Of a stretch of 41,371 nucleotides of DNA, positions 17,977 through 25,595 are shown piece by piece (the stretch's first letter is position 1; each line of letters opens with the position of its first letter). The DNA is from a virus: the IMG/VR virus record IMGVR_UViG_3300045988_116051; one strand, written 5' to 3'. Both the position numbers and the translations under genes were made by a program. Below the pieces are notes generated by a model. It ran no database searches, had not been told where the DNA came from, and was given only the letters and a program-made list of their open reading frames with translations.

Positions 17977-18201
17977 TCACATTTGTTTGTTTTTGTCAGT
18001 AAAAACTTTTTGCGGAGATGGTTTATACCAAATATGAATTTTTCTTCTATGATAGGCTCTTCTTGCGTTTTCTCTGCATTCCTCACAGCTTTTCTTGCCT
18101 GGAGAAACCGGATTTTTATAGCAACGGGTACAGATGCCGCTTTGCTGAGCTTCCGCCTGCTTTTTGTTTTTCCACCGTTGTTGCGGCGTATCTTTCGGCA
18201 T
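17977..18201 (-). CDS. Small Zn-ribbon protein
   Basis: CTRC...CEEC pairs, basic, 74 aa. Confidence 0.5.
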   Translation of the reverse strand: MPKDTPQQRWKNKKQAEAQQSGICTRCYKNPVSPGKKSCEECRENARRAYHRRKIHIWYKPSPQKVFTDKNKQM

Positions 18202-18252
18202 CTGTACCGCCCCCTATTTCTCTGTGCATGACGTGTGCATTTTTTGCACAGG

Positions 18253-18579
18253 TTATTCGTTGTATCCGCGCAATTTATCGCCGATCAAAAAGAAAAACGG
18301 CAACTTGTACGCATCTGCGGCGGCGATCTCCACCTTGCATCCTATTGCTTCGCTCCACCCCTTGCACACGATAACAGAATCCGCATCCGCCATGACCTTC
18401 AGGCTCTCGCCCAGAAACCACAAGGGCTTCGCTTCAGTGGGAGCGCCCCGAAAGAAACTCTCCAGAACCTCCACATCATCACCCCACTTGGCTTTAGCGG
18501 CCTTGATAGCTCGCTCCCGTTCTGCCAGGATTTCGGCGTCGGTTTTGCCCCGCATGGGCTGAGAGATAAAAATTTTCAT
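18253..18579 (-). CDS. DUF4406 / nucleoside 2-deoxyribosyltransferase-like protein
   Basis: The MKIFISQPMRGKTD... N-terminus is typical of this family. Confidence 0.4.
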   Translation of the reverse strand: MKIFISQPMRGKTDAEILAERERAIKAAKAKWGDDVEVLESFFRGAPTEAKPLWFLGESLKVMADADSVIVCKGWSEAIGCKVEIAAADAYKLPFFFLIGDKLRGYNE

Positions 18580-18782
18580 TTTGAATCATCCTCTCTGTTT
18601 TCATCGTTCCAGGACAAAACGGCTAGGCCGTAGGTCGGCTCCGTTTCTCCCGTGTTCTGGCATTTTTCACATCTAACCCGGTACAACTCTACATCATCCC
18701 CGATTCTGTACATGCACTGCACAGCGGGTTCTCTGCCGCATTTCCGGCAACGGTGGGGATTAGGAATCATTGCCGTACACAT
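18576..18782 (-). CDS. Lar-like restriction alleviation / Zn-ribbon protein
   Basis: CRKCG...CEKC...SWN pattern. Confidence 0.4.
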   Translation of the reverse strand: MCTAMIPNPHRCRKCGREPAVQCMYRIGDDVELYRVRCEKCQNTGETEPTYGLAVLSWNDENREDDSK

Positions 18783-19269
18783 CCGCCGCAATCTCCCCTG
18801 CACAGGCCGCATAGCCTGCCATATCAACCCAGTTGTCCTGGTGTTTTGGGTTCTCCTTTGCCCTGCCGACTTTTAACAGGATCATCATCTGCGCCACGTC
18901 AACCGGCGTGATCTCACGCCCAGTATCCAGATAGGCTGTCCACAAGTCTGCGATAGCGCCGAAGCTGTCTTCCGGCCTGCCGTGCGTATCCTGCCTATCC
19001 TGGCACACGCACTTTTCAGCGGCGTCCAGGATGGTTTTGCGGGTGGTGGGCTGTTCCTCCTGATTACCGATGGTGTGGCATTTGATAAATGCCGCTGCAT
19101 CCTGCATCAGTTTTTCGTGACACGCGATCCCCTCCACAGATTCCGCAACATACGGGCATTTTGTGTTGCAATCTCTCGGCGTTCCGGCACATTGGCACAC
19201 CTCTAAAGCGGCAATCATCCGCATAGCCTTATCAAATTCCAGCCGCTTAGTTACCTTGTCCATCAACAT
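18760..19269 (-). CDS. Phage protein with a C-terminal DUF6378-like domain
   Basis: ...HGRPEDSFGAIADLWTAYL...VAQMMILLKVGRAKENPKHQDNWVDMAGYAACAGEI. Confidence 0.4.
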   Translation of the reverse strand: MLMDKVTKRLEFDKAMRMIAALEVCQCAGTPRDCNTKCPYVAESVEGIACHEKLMQDAAAFIKCHTIGNQEEQPTTRKTILDAAEKCVCQDRQDTHGRPEDSFGAIADLWTAYLDTGREITPVDVAQMMILLKVGRAKENPKHQDNWVDMAGYAACAGEIAADVYGNDS

Positions 19270-19573
19270 TTTTACACTCCATTTCTTCCAGCCGCTTCTT
19301 GTGTCTCTCAAATTTCCAAACGGATATATCCGCATTGGGTTTCAGTTCCAGGGCGATAGCGCAAGAAACGACGTCGGTGTATTCTTCGTCCAACTTATCC
19401 AGGTAGCTCCTTCCGCCCTCTTTAACCGGGTTATCTCCCCGCAAAACTCTGGCGAGTTTCAGGGCGCAGTGGGCCAACTCCATGCACTCTTCCGCTAGGG
19501 CTTCATAGCAAGCGGCATAGCCTACCATGGCTGGGAAATCTCCCCAGCATTTCATTTTATCCGGGATGTTCAT
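19247..19573 (-). CDS. MazG-like nucleotide pyrophosphohydrolase (tentative)
   Basis: Helical 108-aa protein with EE...E...EE..D acidic ladders. Confidence 0.35.
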   Translation of the reverse strand: MNIPDKMKCWGDFPAMVGYAACYEALAEECMELAHCALKLARVLRGDNPVKEGGRSYLDKLDEEYTDVVSCAIALELKPNADISVWKFERHKKRLEEMECKNVDGQGN

Positions 19574-19616
19574 TTTTCCTCCTTTCTAACCGTGTCGATT
19601 TTAACACGGTTACGCG

Positions 19617-20251
19617 TTATCCCCATTGCTCTGCCATGGCATTAGCTATACCGTAGGTTAGCTTTGCCCTGTTTTTCTGTCGTTCCTTCCCGCCTTTCAT
19701 AAACCACGTTCCAGCACTGTGGCACTCTGCCAATGGTTCCACCATGTTTGTTGGTTTCAGCGGTTTCAGCCCCTTTAGCCACAACAACGTTTTTTCTGCC
19801 ATGGGTCACCGAAATAGTATGGCTGAATGATTTGGGATGCTTTTGGGAAATCAAACACAGTGGATGGTAGTGGGTTTTCTACTGCAATTTTTTCGCAGTC
19901 AGCAGCCAAAATCGACATAAAAAGCGCCTTGCCGCACAACCCATCGTAGTATCTCGGGATATTCAATTTCCCGCCCTTCCACAGGTGCTTTGCCCCCGCG
20001 TTGCTTGTCTTTGTGCAGGGCGGGAACGCTAAAATCATGTCCCACCGCCCATCAATACGGCGCTCTGCACCATCCATCGTGCGGAACGCACAGTCCCCAT
20101 TCAGCAGAGGCAGGCAATCTCCCATGATATGCCATTCAGGATGCCCCCCAGACGGTTCCTGGATATCGCAGGAATACGCTTCCCACCCCCTAGCTCTAAA
20201 CGCGGCTGTGACACGCTGTGATTCTTCACAGGCTACCAGTAGCTTTTTCAT
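19617..20251 (-). pseudogene. C5-cytosine-methyltransferase-like gene split by a frameshift in an A6 tract
   Basis: ORF 19775..20251 (ACEESQRV...FPPCT...ENP...GDPWQKK) continues in the -1 frame as TLLWLKGLKPLKPT...GIANAMAEQWG (19617..19789). The junction is CAGAAAAAACG (plus-strand T6 at 19790..19795). Confidence 0.6.
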
Positions 20252-20535
20252 GGCTCCACCCCCGGCGGTTCCGGCAGGAGCATCCAGTGGGTGGGCTGTA
20301 AGCCACGCGCCACGTTATCCAGCACCCAGATACCTGCTACGAACATGCCCTGGAAAACCACATTTCCATCGCTACACAGGATAAGCTCTCCTTCTGGCGG
20401 ATTTTCTTCCGACACAGGAATCCATCTTGTCCGTTGCAGCTCCTCCAGAATCGTCTTATACGCCTCTCTCGCTCCGGGCATGGGAGTGTTGTCTGCGTGG
20501 CGTTGGAGCCACACTCTCGCCTCATCAATCGTCAT
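20248..20535 (-). CDS. DUF551-like protein
   Basis: WIPVSEENPPEGELIL...THWMLLPEPP pattern. Confidence 0.5.
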   Translation of the reverse strand: MTIDEARVWLQRHADNTPMPGAREAYKTILEELQRTRWIPVSEENPPEGELILCSDGNVVFQGMFVAGIWVLDNVARGLQPTHWMLLPEPPGVEP

Positions 20536-20905
20536 TTGGCACCTCCATTCTCACGCCGCAGTTGGGAGTTCCAGATGAATCAACCCGTTCTCTTTTGATT
20601 TCCTTCTCGACTGTTCTTTCGTCGATAGCTTGCTGGACCGCTTGCAGGAATCGCTCCCACTGCTCGATGTCCATTTTGTCGATGATGGATTTGGGCGGGC
20701 ACTTGGCGTATGGCTCGACGAAGTCTTTGATATCTCGCTCCATACACCACAGTGTCCTATAGCTAACGTAGGGCAACAGCGGGCCGATGAAATCCATAAC
20801 AAGCCCCGGCATGTAGGTGTGACGGCCCAGGCTGTATCGAACCGCGCAGTTTAAGACGGCCCCGAAGTTGTCATTTTTTAGATCGATGGTGGGTTTAGTT
20901 TGCAT
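20525..20905 (-). CDS. Hypothetical early protein
   Basis: ORF with an internal start at MQTKPT. Confidence 0.4.
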   Translation of the reverse strand: MQTKPTIDLKNDNFGAVLNCAVRYSLGRHTYMPGLVMDFIGPLLPYVSYRTLWCMERDIKDFVEPYAKCPPKSIIDKMDIEQWERFLQAVQQAIDERTVEKEIKRERVDSSGTPNCGVRMEVPNDD

Positions 20906-21218
20906 GGCTCTTCTCCTTGTCCATCTTGGAACCACATTTTGGACAAAATAGCATCATGGATAGATCTACCCACTCGGTTTGTATGCCATCGGTCCGCTTC
21001 ATCCCTGCTAGGCACTCGCTGCATGTTGTCCCATCGCCAACCCGCACCCAATGCCCCCGCCGCACCTGGGCCACATCGGCGGCAGAAAAACTGTCGATTT
21101 CGTCCACGATGCACTCAATGCACCCTTCACCTGGTTCATCACAACCGGTACAACCCTCCTGGAATTTTCCGCCGTAGAGATACTCTTTCAGCGCTCCTCG
21201 CTCGATGTAGTCAGTCAT
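20895..21218 (-). CDS. Hypothetical Cys-rich early protein
   Basis: Internal start MTDYIERG, with several CxxC pairs. Confidence 0.4.
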   Translation of the reverse strand: MTDYIERGALKEYLYGGKFQEGCTGCDEPGEGCIECIVDEIDSFSAADVAQVRRGHWVRVGDGTTCSECLAGMKRTDGIQTEWVDLSMMLFCPKCGSKMDKEKSHAN

Positions 21219-21378
21219 TGTCTTCCTCACTTTCTTTCGGCATCTTCCAATCAGACGGGACGGTGTTATACATAACACAGTGCCCTTCATTGTCGGCAAA
21301 ACGACAATTGTCGCAATTTGGTTTCTTGTCGCAGTATCCGCGCAACCGCTGGAACGCTTGTTCAATATATCCTTTCAT
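21211..21378 (-). CDS. Small Cys-rich hypothetical protein
   Basis: Internal start at MKGYIEQAF. Confidence 0.35.
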   Translation of the reverse strand: MKGYIEQAFQRLRGYCDKKPNCDNCRFADNEGHCVMYNTVPSDWKMPKESEEDND

Positions 21379-21391
21379 ATTTTCCCCTCCA

Positions 21392-21757
21392 TTACACAAA
21401 GATTTTCGGCGGCGTGGGCATATCCTGAGAGGTTGGCCGCCAGAGGTGCAGACAGTAGGGATGGTTGTTCACGTACTCGCTCTTTGGCGGGTGGTACTGC
21501 ACGACAGCCTCATCGTTCTAGAAAAACATATCCTTGATAGCACACATCTCCTCCCAGGTTGGCGGCGTTGCCCGTTTGCGGTTGCAGGGGGACACGCTGA
21601 CGTGCTCCCAGCCCCCGCCGTTGCTGGCGATGCAGAAAAACGATTTTCCGCTGACATAAACTTTGAAAGCGCCATTACCAGCATCTCCGGGTCCGCCGTG
21701 GATACGGTACCCAAAATCCCTATCTCTGTATTTGTCCAGGGTATGCAAGTCTTTCAT
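21392..21757 (-). CDS. Conserved phage protein interrupted by one in-frame TAG (21520..21518)
   Basis: MKDLHTLDKY...GGWEHVSVSPCNRKRATPPTWEEMCAIKDMFF*NDEAVVQYHPPKSEYVNNHPYCLHLWRPTSQDMPTPPKIFV*. The frame is uninterrupted apart from the TAG. Confidence 0.6.
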
Positions 21758-22548
21758 TCTGCATCCCCCATCTCCCGATCCCCGGCGGGCAGATCCAGCC
21801 ACCGCCGCCAGCATTTGCAGCAGTCTCCCTCGCCGTCATCCAAGCACTCATTCTTCGGCACGTCCGGGGGACAGGGACCGCAGCCCAGGAGCGCAGCCAG
21901 GGCGTCCGCGTCCATCTCGCGCAGGGCGTCCGCGTCCATCTCGCGCAGGGCGTCCGCGTCCATCTCGCGCAGGGCGTCCGCGTGGGTTTTGGTTGGTTTC
22001 TCCCACTGGTCCGCCTCCTGATACAGCCGGGACGGGGTAGCCACCTCTTGATCGACGTATTTTCCGACGTATTCGTCCAGAATCACGCCGCAAATTGTGT
22101 GGTAATAGATTTGGCAAATTTCCATGCCGGGGTAGATACGCACCGGCTCGGTGGCTGCCAGCTCCAGCGTCCAGCGACCCCGAAAGCCGATATCCCCAAA
22201 CCCGGCGGTCACATGCACAGCCAGTCCCAAGCGCCCCACGGAAGACCGTCCTACGAGTATCGGAACCAGGTTCCGAGTCTCTGTCCATTCCTCCGTGGAC
22301 GCGATGTACACCCTTCCGGGCTTCAACACGTAACCCTCCGGCGGGATGATAATCTCCCGTGTGCGGTTGTCCCGTTTTGGGTCCAACACCGCCTCTGTGT
22401 ACACCAGCATCCGATCCAGCAGGCGCAGATTGTAGCTGTTGGGGCCGAGCTGCTGGTCGTTGTAGGGGTGGATGATGATATCCCCTTTGGACATGCGCTG
22501 GCGGATTTCGTTGCCAGACAGAATACCATATTGGTTCAGTTCGTTCAT
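21754..22548 (-). CDS. dcd: dCTP deaminase with a C-terminal extension of about 84 aa (repeat linker plus Cys-rich tail)
   Basis: Dcd-like core (...LVGRSSVGRLGLAVHVTAGFGDIGFRGRWTLEL...), then ADALREMD x3 and GCGPCPP...CCKCWRRWL. Confidence 0.75.
   Translation of the reverse strand: MNELNQYGILSGNEIRQRMSKGDIIIHPYNDQQLGPNSYNLRLLDRMLVYTEAVLDPKRDNRTREIIIPPEGYVLKPGRVYIASTEEWTETRNLVPILVGRSSVGRLGLAVHVTAGFGDIGFRGRWTLELAATEPVRIYPGMEICQIYYHTICGVILDEYVGKYVDQEVATPSRLYQEADQWEKPTKTHADALREMDADALREMDADALREMDADALAALLGCGPCPPDVPKNECLDDGEGDCCKCWRRWLDLPAGDREMGDAE
21899..21983. repeat. 24-bp perfect tandem repeat, 3.5 copies (agggcgtccgcgtccatctcgcgc)
   Basis: Read directly. It encodes (ADALREMD)n on the minus strand. 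Confidence 0.9.
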
Positions 22549-22562
22549 TTATTTTCCTCCTA

Positions 22563-22582
22563 CGCGGGACACAAGGCCCGCG
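22563..22582. other. GC-rich inverted repeat (cgcggg/cccgcg, 8-nt loop) 17 nt downstream of the VR2 gene stop
   Basis: Read directly. The spacing relative to the stop is the same as for the VR1 hairpin (16 nt), and no U-tract follows. Confidence 0.5.
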
Positions 22583-22598
22583 ATTGTTAGATTTTAGA

Positions 22599-23171
22599 TT
22601 AAATGTCGAAGCCGAAGCAAACACCGCGGCTGTGGCTGGCGTCGTTGTTGCCGCTGTTGCCGCCGTCGGTCACAGTGCAAAAGTACGCGGGGTCTTCCGC
22701 ATGCGGGGATGCCAACCAGTATGGAAATGGGACGCCGTTCAGCGTTTTAACCCGGTTTTCCTTCTCAGAGTAACGATGGAGTACTTCGCACAATTCTTCA
22801 TTCCCGTAGTTGTTTTTTCCAAAGACTTCCTTCTCTCGCAACAATCGGAGCGGCTCAGTTACAACTTCTTGCAAATCGTACGGCAACAAGCGGAAGAGCT
22901 TGCCCAGATATGCCTCCATCGTACTCAACTGCTCACCGTTTTTTGCTTTCCGGTTCTCATTCATGCAGTGAGTATCTTCGAGCAGGTTTTTCGTAAAAAA
23001 CGTTGCGCTCCTATGCCCTGCACGTTCGCAAACCAGCGTGACTTTTTCGCCGGTTTTTAGCTCGATGTCGATTTCGTCACCGATATTCAGTTGACTGGAA
23101 CCGGCATGGACAGCGTCCCTCAGCTCCGCCCATGTTGTTATCGTATCGGCGCATTTTCTGATTTTGATCAT
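22599..23171 (-). CDS. 190-aa stand-alone paralogue of the tail-fibre C-terminal domain, ending in a VR-like segment (VR2)
   Basis: C-terminus ...FPYWLASPHAEDPAYFCTVTDGGNSGNNDASHSRGVCFGFDI* parallels the fibre WYWLASP...YFCGVN...GVCFGLCV*. RBS GGAGG. Confidence 0.8.
   Translation of the reverse strand: MIKIRKCADTITTWAELRDAVHAGSSQLNIGDEIDIELKTGEKVTLVCERAGHRSATFFTKNLLEDTHCMNENRKAKNGEQLSTMEAYLGKLFRLLPYDLQEVVTEPLRLLREKEVFGKNNYGNEELCEVLHRYSEKENRVKTLNGVPFPYWLASPHAEDPAYFCTVTDGGNSGNNDASHSRGVCFGFDI
22612..22716 (-). repeat. VR2: second, diverged copy of the DGR repeat (105 nt, same length as TR)
   Basis: Codon-by-codon alignment to TR gives about 14 differences at TR adenines and about 8 at non-adenine positions. 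It shares GTTTGCTTCGGCTT with VR1. Confidence 0.7.
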
Positions 23172-23207
23172 TGGTTTTCCTCCTTTTTCGCGGGGTCACG
23201 GAAATGG

Positions 23208-23585
23208 TCACTTTTCCCATTCCACGACTTCCACGCCGATCTCCCGGCGTTCCCAAAATTCATGCGACACCTTCCTGTACCAGCGGCGGTTATCATCCGG
23301 CAAAATCCAACCCTTCAAAGCATCGACGATCATCTTCCCCAGGACGGCGTGATTATCTACATCAAGCCCATCGTCCCAGTAGAAAATCACCTGCACGGGC
23401 GTTTTTACCAGGTCCTTCCGCACTCTAGCCCGTTTTAGAGCTATGATAGTCAGCAGGTGGATATCGTCAGCATCACGTTTCCGCTGGTGGTAGTTTTTCC
23501 CGGAGTAGTAGGCGTTCAGGCTAAATCGTTTGTTCCACGCTGCGACGGCCTTTTTCCTTCCGGGTAGGGGATCTCGAATCTGCAA
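23208..23585 (-). CDS. rusA: RusA-like Holliday junction resolvase
   Basis: ...DDGLDVDNHAVLGKMIVDALKGWILPDDN... matches the RusA D-x-D-N / K / D-D pattern. Confidence 0.65.
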   Translation of the reverse strand: MQIRDPLPGRKKAVAAWNKRFSLNAYYSGKNYHQRKRDADDIHLLTIIALKRARVRKDLVKTPVQVIFYWDDGLDVDNHAVLGKMIVDALKGWILPDDNRRWYRKVSHEFWERREIGVEVVEWEK

Positions 23586-23595
23586 ATCAGCGCCA

Positions 23596-24465
23596 TTACT
23601 GCACCCCCAGTTCTCGTTGCATCCGTTCCATTTCCGCCCACGAACGATCTACGTCCGCCGCCGTTACAGGCGAACAAGGCCCAGGAGCTGGCGCATTGCT
23701 AACTCTCGCCGAACGATTACCTGGAATGGTCGAACGATTATCGTCATAATTACCGTCCAGCACCTTCGCCATGTTTGCATCTGCCAGCAACCAATCGAAC
23801 GTTGCTCGCCAATTTTTCTTGTTCTCGCCGCGCAAGAATGCGCTGGCTTCGGCTTTTCGGAATAGGCGTTGGAAATCTGCGAACGTATAGCCGCCGCTGT
23901 GAATCCGCGCTCGGATAGCAGCTTTGCGCTTGTCGGACAACGCATTGCATTTTGGGAACGACTGGCAAATTTCGTTGTAGGTGTCCCGAATAGCGGCATA
24001 CGGGATTTTTTCTCTGTTGTCCGCATGGTGGGGGGATACCTCCCCGTCAGGGGAGGTAGGGGAGGTAATAATATATTCTTCTTCCCCTTCCTTTATCCCT
24101 CTTCCTTTATCCCCTTCCCCATCGCTTGCTTGGTTTTGCATTTTGCTTTCGTTTGCTTCCAGTTTGCTTCCGTTTGCTTCATTTTGGTTTTCGGGTGCTT
24201 CCCCGTGATTGTTTTCTGCTTCGTGTTTGCTATTGTTAGCTTCCCCGCCTTTTCTACCGGCTTGTGCGCGTTTGCGGCTGATATCCAGGTTCGGCTTTAC
24301 CAGTGCAAAGAGGGCGTTGATAATTCCGGAACCTTCTGGCTCTTTCCTATTCAAGGCGTACTCGCAAATAGCCATCAGGAAATCGGCCTGCATCGCCTTA
24401 TCAGGGATATTTTTCGCCGCATCGTAGAACGAACGGAAAAATTGAAATGTTGAACGCTCCTCCAT
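23596..24465 (-). CDS. Replisome organiser / replication initiation protein with a conserved phage C-terminus
   Basis: N-terminal FQFFRSFYDAAKNIPD..., Q/N/E-rich linker, and C-terminal ...RATFDWLLADANMAKVLDGNYDD. Confidence 0.6.
   Translation of the reverse strand: MEERSTFQFFRSFYDAAKNIPDKAMQADFLMAICEYALNRKEPEGSGIINALFALVKPNLDISRKRAQAGRKGGEANNSKHEAENNHGEAPENQNEANGSKLEANESKMQNQASDGEGDKGRGIKEGEEEYIITSPTSPDGEVSPHHADNREKIPYAAIRDTYNEICQSFPKCNALSDKRKAAIRARIHSGGYTFADFQRLFRKAEASAFLRGENKKNWRATFDWLLADANMAKVLDGNYDDNRSTIPGNRSARVSNAPAPGPCSPVTAADVDRSWAEMERMQRELGVQ
24087..24181. repeat. Iteron-like direct repeats inside the organiser gene; candidate origin of replication
   Basis: ttcctttatccc x2 (period 14, at 24088 and 24102), and gtttgcttcc / gtttgcttcc / gtttgcttca (24151..24181) with degenerate copies upstream. 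There is an AT-rich patch at 24065..24080. Confidence 0.45.
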
Positions 24466-24503
24466 TGGTAAAACCTCCATTTATCTTTTGCAGCCGTTCA
24501 GAG

Positions 24504-24899
24504 TCAGAATGGCAGTTCTCCATCATCTCCGGCGAGGTCACTGAACTCCGGTTCAGTATAGTTCCCGCTCGGCTGATTGTTCCCGCCGCTCTTCGGCCCA
24601 CAGAAATGCGCCTGCGACACGATCAGCTCCGTCACCTGCCGGTCGTTCCCGTCCCGGTCGGTGTAACCCCTGGTGTTCAGCTCGCCCTCTACGACGATCT
24701 CCTGCCCCTTGCCGAAATACTTGCAGAGCATCTCAGCTGTACCTCTCCAAGCCACGCAGTTCAAGAACAGCTTGGTTTCGCTCTCCTTGTACTTGCGGCT
24801 CCAAGCCACCCGGAACGATGCAACAGCAACGCCGCTCTGGGTGTGTCGAAGTTCTGGTTGGGCCACTAAACGGCCCTGCAAAATCACATGATTTACCAT
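24504..24899 (-). CDS. ssb: Single-stranded DNA-binding protein
   Basis: OB-fold N-terminus MVNHVILQGRLVAQPELR..., with the acidic C-terminal tip DDGELPF. Confidence 0.9.
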   Translation of the reverse strand: MVNHVILQGRLVAQPELRHTQSGVAVASFRVAWSRKYKESETKLFLNCVAWRGTAEMLCKYFGKGQEIVVEGELNTRGYTDRDGNDRQVTELIVSQAHFCGPKSGGNNQPSGNYTEPEFSDLAGDDGELPF

Positions 24900-24902
24900 G
24901 GG

Positions 24903-25595
24903 TTATCCTTCTTTCTTTTTGGTTTTCAAGTGCCAGACTTTGCAGAGCGTTTTATCCAGGATGATACCACCCGGCAGGTGGTACATCTCAAAAAAATCGC
25001 TGTCCGGCATAGTGTGGGCCAACTGGTGCATCTCCGGGGACAGAGGTAAAACCTCCATCCCCTCATGCACGATGTCCGTCCTGTCTCGCCCTGCGCCTAC
25101 CCGGTCGATGTGGTGGAGTTGGGCCGGCCTGCCGGTGATGCAGCATTTTTTGTGTGCTAGGCAGCTATACAGGTAATCCCCTACATCGTCTACCATATCC
25201 AACAGCGGGAATCGTGTCGGAATGTCCCAATCAACGATGAAGCGCACTATGAAACGCTGGAACCCGCAAACCAAGGACATTGGAGCGTTGCTTAGGCTGA
25301 ATATCTGATTGCCCATATCTTCCGTATCTTCCAGAAGATACTTTAGCTTCATGCGCTCTTTTGTCATATCCTTGCCCTCCCCGGTGTAGTCAGCAATTTC
25401 ACCAAGGAGGGCGTAACAGGCTTTACGTTGCCTGTCAGATAGTGGTCTGCTATCAATGGGCTGTACCAAACACTTCTTATACTGCCGTTTGGTCATCAAT
25501 TCCCAATCTCGGTAGGGCACCCGAATAACCAGCTCTGCCGTTCGTTCATCGTAATCAACGATACGGCCTTGCAGCACCTCTGTTGGCGTTCTCAT
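24903..25595 (-). CDS. DUF968-like putative HNH nuclease
   Basis: ...CCITGRPAQLHHIDRVGAGRDR...LSPEMHQLAH. Confidence 0.5.
   Translation of the reverse strand: MRTPTEVLQGRIVDYDERTAELVIRVPYRDWELMTKRQYKKCLVQPIDSRPLSDRQRKACYALLGEIADYTGEGKDMTKERMKLKYLLEDTEDMGNQIFSLSNAPMSLVCGFQRFIVRFIVDWDIPTRFPLLDMVDDVGDYLYSCLAHKKCCITGRPAQLHHIDRVGAGRDRTDIVHEGMEVLPLSPEMHQLAHTMPDSDFFEMYHLPGGIILDKTLCKVWHLKTKKKEG

Noticed and set aside
17331-18231. Track ORFs 17331..17804(+), 17382..17690(-), 17509..18231(+) and 17693..17887(-)
   Set aside because: They overlap the tRNA or each other, lack RBSs and have an odd composition. I treated the region as non-coding.
21899-21983. CRISPR-like array
   Set aside because: The 24-bp units are directly adjacent with no spacers and lie in frame inside a coding sequence. 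This is a simple tandem repeat.
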